A stretch of 64,000 nucleotides of DNA from assembly GCF_004010195.1 (NCBI RefSeq), contig NC_057739.1, positions 5,879,227 through 5,943,226 on the forward strand, written 5' to 3'. How positions within the stretch are numbered: position 1 is the first letter of the stretch; every line of letters begins with the position of its first letter. Below are positions 61,691 to 64,000 of the stretch, one piece after another. Under the pieces are notes generated by a model that saw only the letters and a program-made list of their open reading frames with translations, had not been told where the DNA came from and searched no databases. The DNA comes from Chiloscyllium plagiosum. Lineage: Eukaryota. Position numbers and translations under genes: made by a program.

Positions 61691-62899
61691 CTGGGTGACA
61701 GTAAAGAGAAAACAGGTGAAGGATTACTCTGCAACTTGCTCAGGGAATCCAATCATAGGTTGTTCTATTACATATTACTAACTTAGACATTAAACTGTCT
61801 TTTAGGAGCTCAAATATCTGAGAGTTCCCTCATATAACATTAGATTCATGCAGCACAGAGGAGGCCATTTAGCATGTTGTACCTGTGCTGGCACTTTGAA
61901 AGAGCTAACCAATTAATCCAACACCCCTAGACAACTTCTTAGCCTTGTCAATTTTTTTTCCTCTTCAAGTATTTCTCCAACTGTTTGGAAAATTATTACT
62001 GATTTTATTACCACCATCTGGCCAAATTTCCTTTGATTATCTTCTGTGAAACACTTTGAGATAGTTTGCCATGTTAAAGGTCTATTTGTCACATTAAATT
62101 GCTGCACTGTGACGCACTCATTTCCTACAAAGTACTATGTAATGTTGAATTAAGGCCCGTTGGGATTCCAAGACCATTAGAAACTAGAGTGGAATTGTGT
62201 ACAGAACAGCTGGCAAACAGGACTTTCATCTCATCAGTCGGCTACAGGCACATCTGGGACTCGGGTGCAAAGTACTACTTTTCCTGGTATAATAGCTCCT
62301 TTTTAGCCTGCATGTCAAAGACATTCTAGGTTACAATGTGCAACACCTTGCTTGATATGTGAAACCTTCAGGATTTTCCCATTTCTCCGATCCAGTCCCT
62401 GCTGTTATGATCTAGTTGTGTTTTAGAGATATTAGTGATGCTTCAAAATCTGCAGTGAAATCCGAATCTGTTGCTTTTAAGTTAAACCGTTGGTTGTTTG
62501 GTGTTCCCACCACAGACTGTGCTGTGGGAGGAGATTTCTAGGGCTGACTGACAATCATGTTGCCAGCCTCATCAACATTGTTCTAAAGACCCTGGGAATT
62601 ACTGGCTGATCTCTTGAATGCTACTGCAAGGGACCCAGTGGAAAAATAACTATGGTGTTAAAAAAAGATTTCTGTCCCTTTGCACTGATAGTTGTAAAAA
62701 TGCTAGAGATTGGGGATTAGTGGAAAGGACAGTTGACTGGATTTGGTACTTGGAGTTTGGGCAAAATATGAGGGAATCAATACACTCACCTGTATTTGAG
62801 AATCTTACTTGCATCAAAATCTACAAAACCATTGTCTAACTTGCATATTTTCTGCTTTTATTTCATAATTTGAGTATTTGAGGCATTTTGAAAGTCAGT

Positions 62900-63188
62900 C
62901 AGATAGAGTCACAGTCACAGAGATGGAAACAGACTTTTTGGTCCAACTCATCCATGCAGACCAGATATCCTAACCCAAACTAGTGCCATCTGCCAGCACT
63001 TGGCCCATATCCCTCTAAACCCTTCCTAGTCATATACCCATCCAGATGCCTTTTAAATGTTGCAATTGTACCAGCCTCCACCACTTCCTCTGGCACCTTA
63101 TTCCTCACCCACACCACCCTCTGTGTGAAAAAGTTGCCCCTTAGGTCCGTTTTATATCTTTCCTCTCTCACCCTAAACCAATGCCCTG
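62900..63188 (-). mobile_element. CR1/HER1 3' fragment
   Basis: ORF 62980-63171 (FFTQRVV..PEEVVEAG). Confidence 0.85.
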
Positions 63189-63339
63189 TTTTATGTTTTG
63201 GCTAAAACGCAAACCAGTTCCTCCTAGGTTCACGTTGCTAGAATACATGCTGATGGTGGGGGTCACAGCATCACCTACACAACCTTTTGGAATGTAACAT
63301 TTGCTCTTTTACTATAAGTTTAGTGATGTTGTCACTGAC

Positions 63340-63448
63340 CTGGCTTTGTTAGTTTACTGCTTGGGAATTTTCTCTCTACGTCAGTCTCCGCTGTAATCTG
63401 GTTATCCACAGCAGTTGATAAACTGCCCTGCATTTCGATAATCATTTC
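63340..63448 (-). CDS. Upstream exon of the repeat-protein gene: EMIIEMQGSLSTAVDNQITAETDVERKFPSSKLTKP
   Basis: ctctttcttgctacag acceptor, GTCAGT donor, 109 nt ending in phase 1, which joins in frame to 61690. Confidence 0.55.
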
Positions 63449-63689
63449 CTGTAGCAAGAAAGAGCAGTCAGGCAGTGAGAGCTAGGGATGCAGTCAGTCA
63501 GGGTCCAGTGTTCTATTTGATGTGCAGATTTGAATAGAAGATAGCTGGCAATGTGGCTAAGATATATGTAGGCAGGAACAGATATTCAATATATCACTCA
63601 CAGCTTTATATTCTCTTAACTCATTTTCTCTTCTCAATTCACACCCTTATCTTTCCAACTGGGGCCCACATTGTCCTTGGCAACTCTAC

Positions 63690-64000
63690 TTAGAAACATC
63701 AAAGATAGGAGCAGGAGGAGGCCATTCTGTCTTCGAGCCTGCTCCACCATTCATGGCCGATCATCCAACTCAATAGCATAATCCCGTTTTCTCCCCATAA
63801 CCTTTCACCCCATTCACCCCAAGTGCTATATCTAGCTACCTCTTGAATAAATTCAATATTTTGATATCAACGACTTTCTTTGGTAATAAATTCCACAGGC
63901 TCAACACTCTTTGGGTGAAGAAACGTCTTATCATCCATCTCAAAAGATCAAGCCCAAATCCTCAGAATATGACCACTGGTTCTGGACACACCCGGCATCA
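63690..64000 (-). mobile_element. CR1 3' end
   Basis: Reverse CR1 tail (aggagcaggaggaggccattc..gcctgctccaccattca). Confidence 0.75.

Noticed and set aside
62790-62820. 31-nt candidate exon (AG..GTGAGT) between the repeat-protein exons
   Set aside because: Its inclusion would shift the frame of the large exon, and no compensating exon was found.

Overview
Eukaryotic (vertebrate) genomic DNA, almost certainly a cartilaginous fish. The HE1/V-SINEs, Deu-domain SINEs, HER1/CR1 LINEs and Penelope relics point to a shark (inference). There are three assembly gaps: 1477-2015, 44040-44234 and 46700-47144. Four spliced genes were reconstructed by hand from GT-AG boundaries and reading phase. (1) The first nine coding exons (250 codons) of LRSAM1 on the minus strand, 35520 down to 11927. 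(2) A complete 7-exon, 165-aa RPL12 on the plus strand (36498-40514), head-to-head with LRSAM1 and with a TATA/TCT-TOP promoter. (3) A complete 4-coding-exon, 151-aa POLE3 on the minus strand (52684-41584), tail-to-tail with RPL12. (4) The 3' end of an unidentified minus-strand gene whose ~1.6 kb exon encodes ~14.5 copies of a 31-aa Ser/Thr/Pro-rich repeat. Most of the rest is nested transposon debris: CR1/L2 LINEs, SINEs, a hAT element with TSD, a Tigger-like MITE and probable solo LTRs. The strongest non-obvious signal is three sequence-divergent families of short, often palindromic Penelope-derived elements. All three keep a minimal hammerhead-ribozyme fold (CUGANGA / helix II / GAAA + palindromic tetramer), several have 12-20 bp TSDs, and their inversion points map at the ribozyme core. 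A second notable signal is a 33-bp CpG-rich minisatellite that grew in situ out of a Deu-SINE next to the POLE3 CpG island. Family names are from recalled consensus sequences, not database searches.
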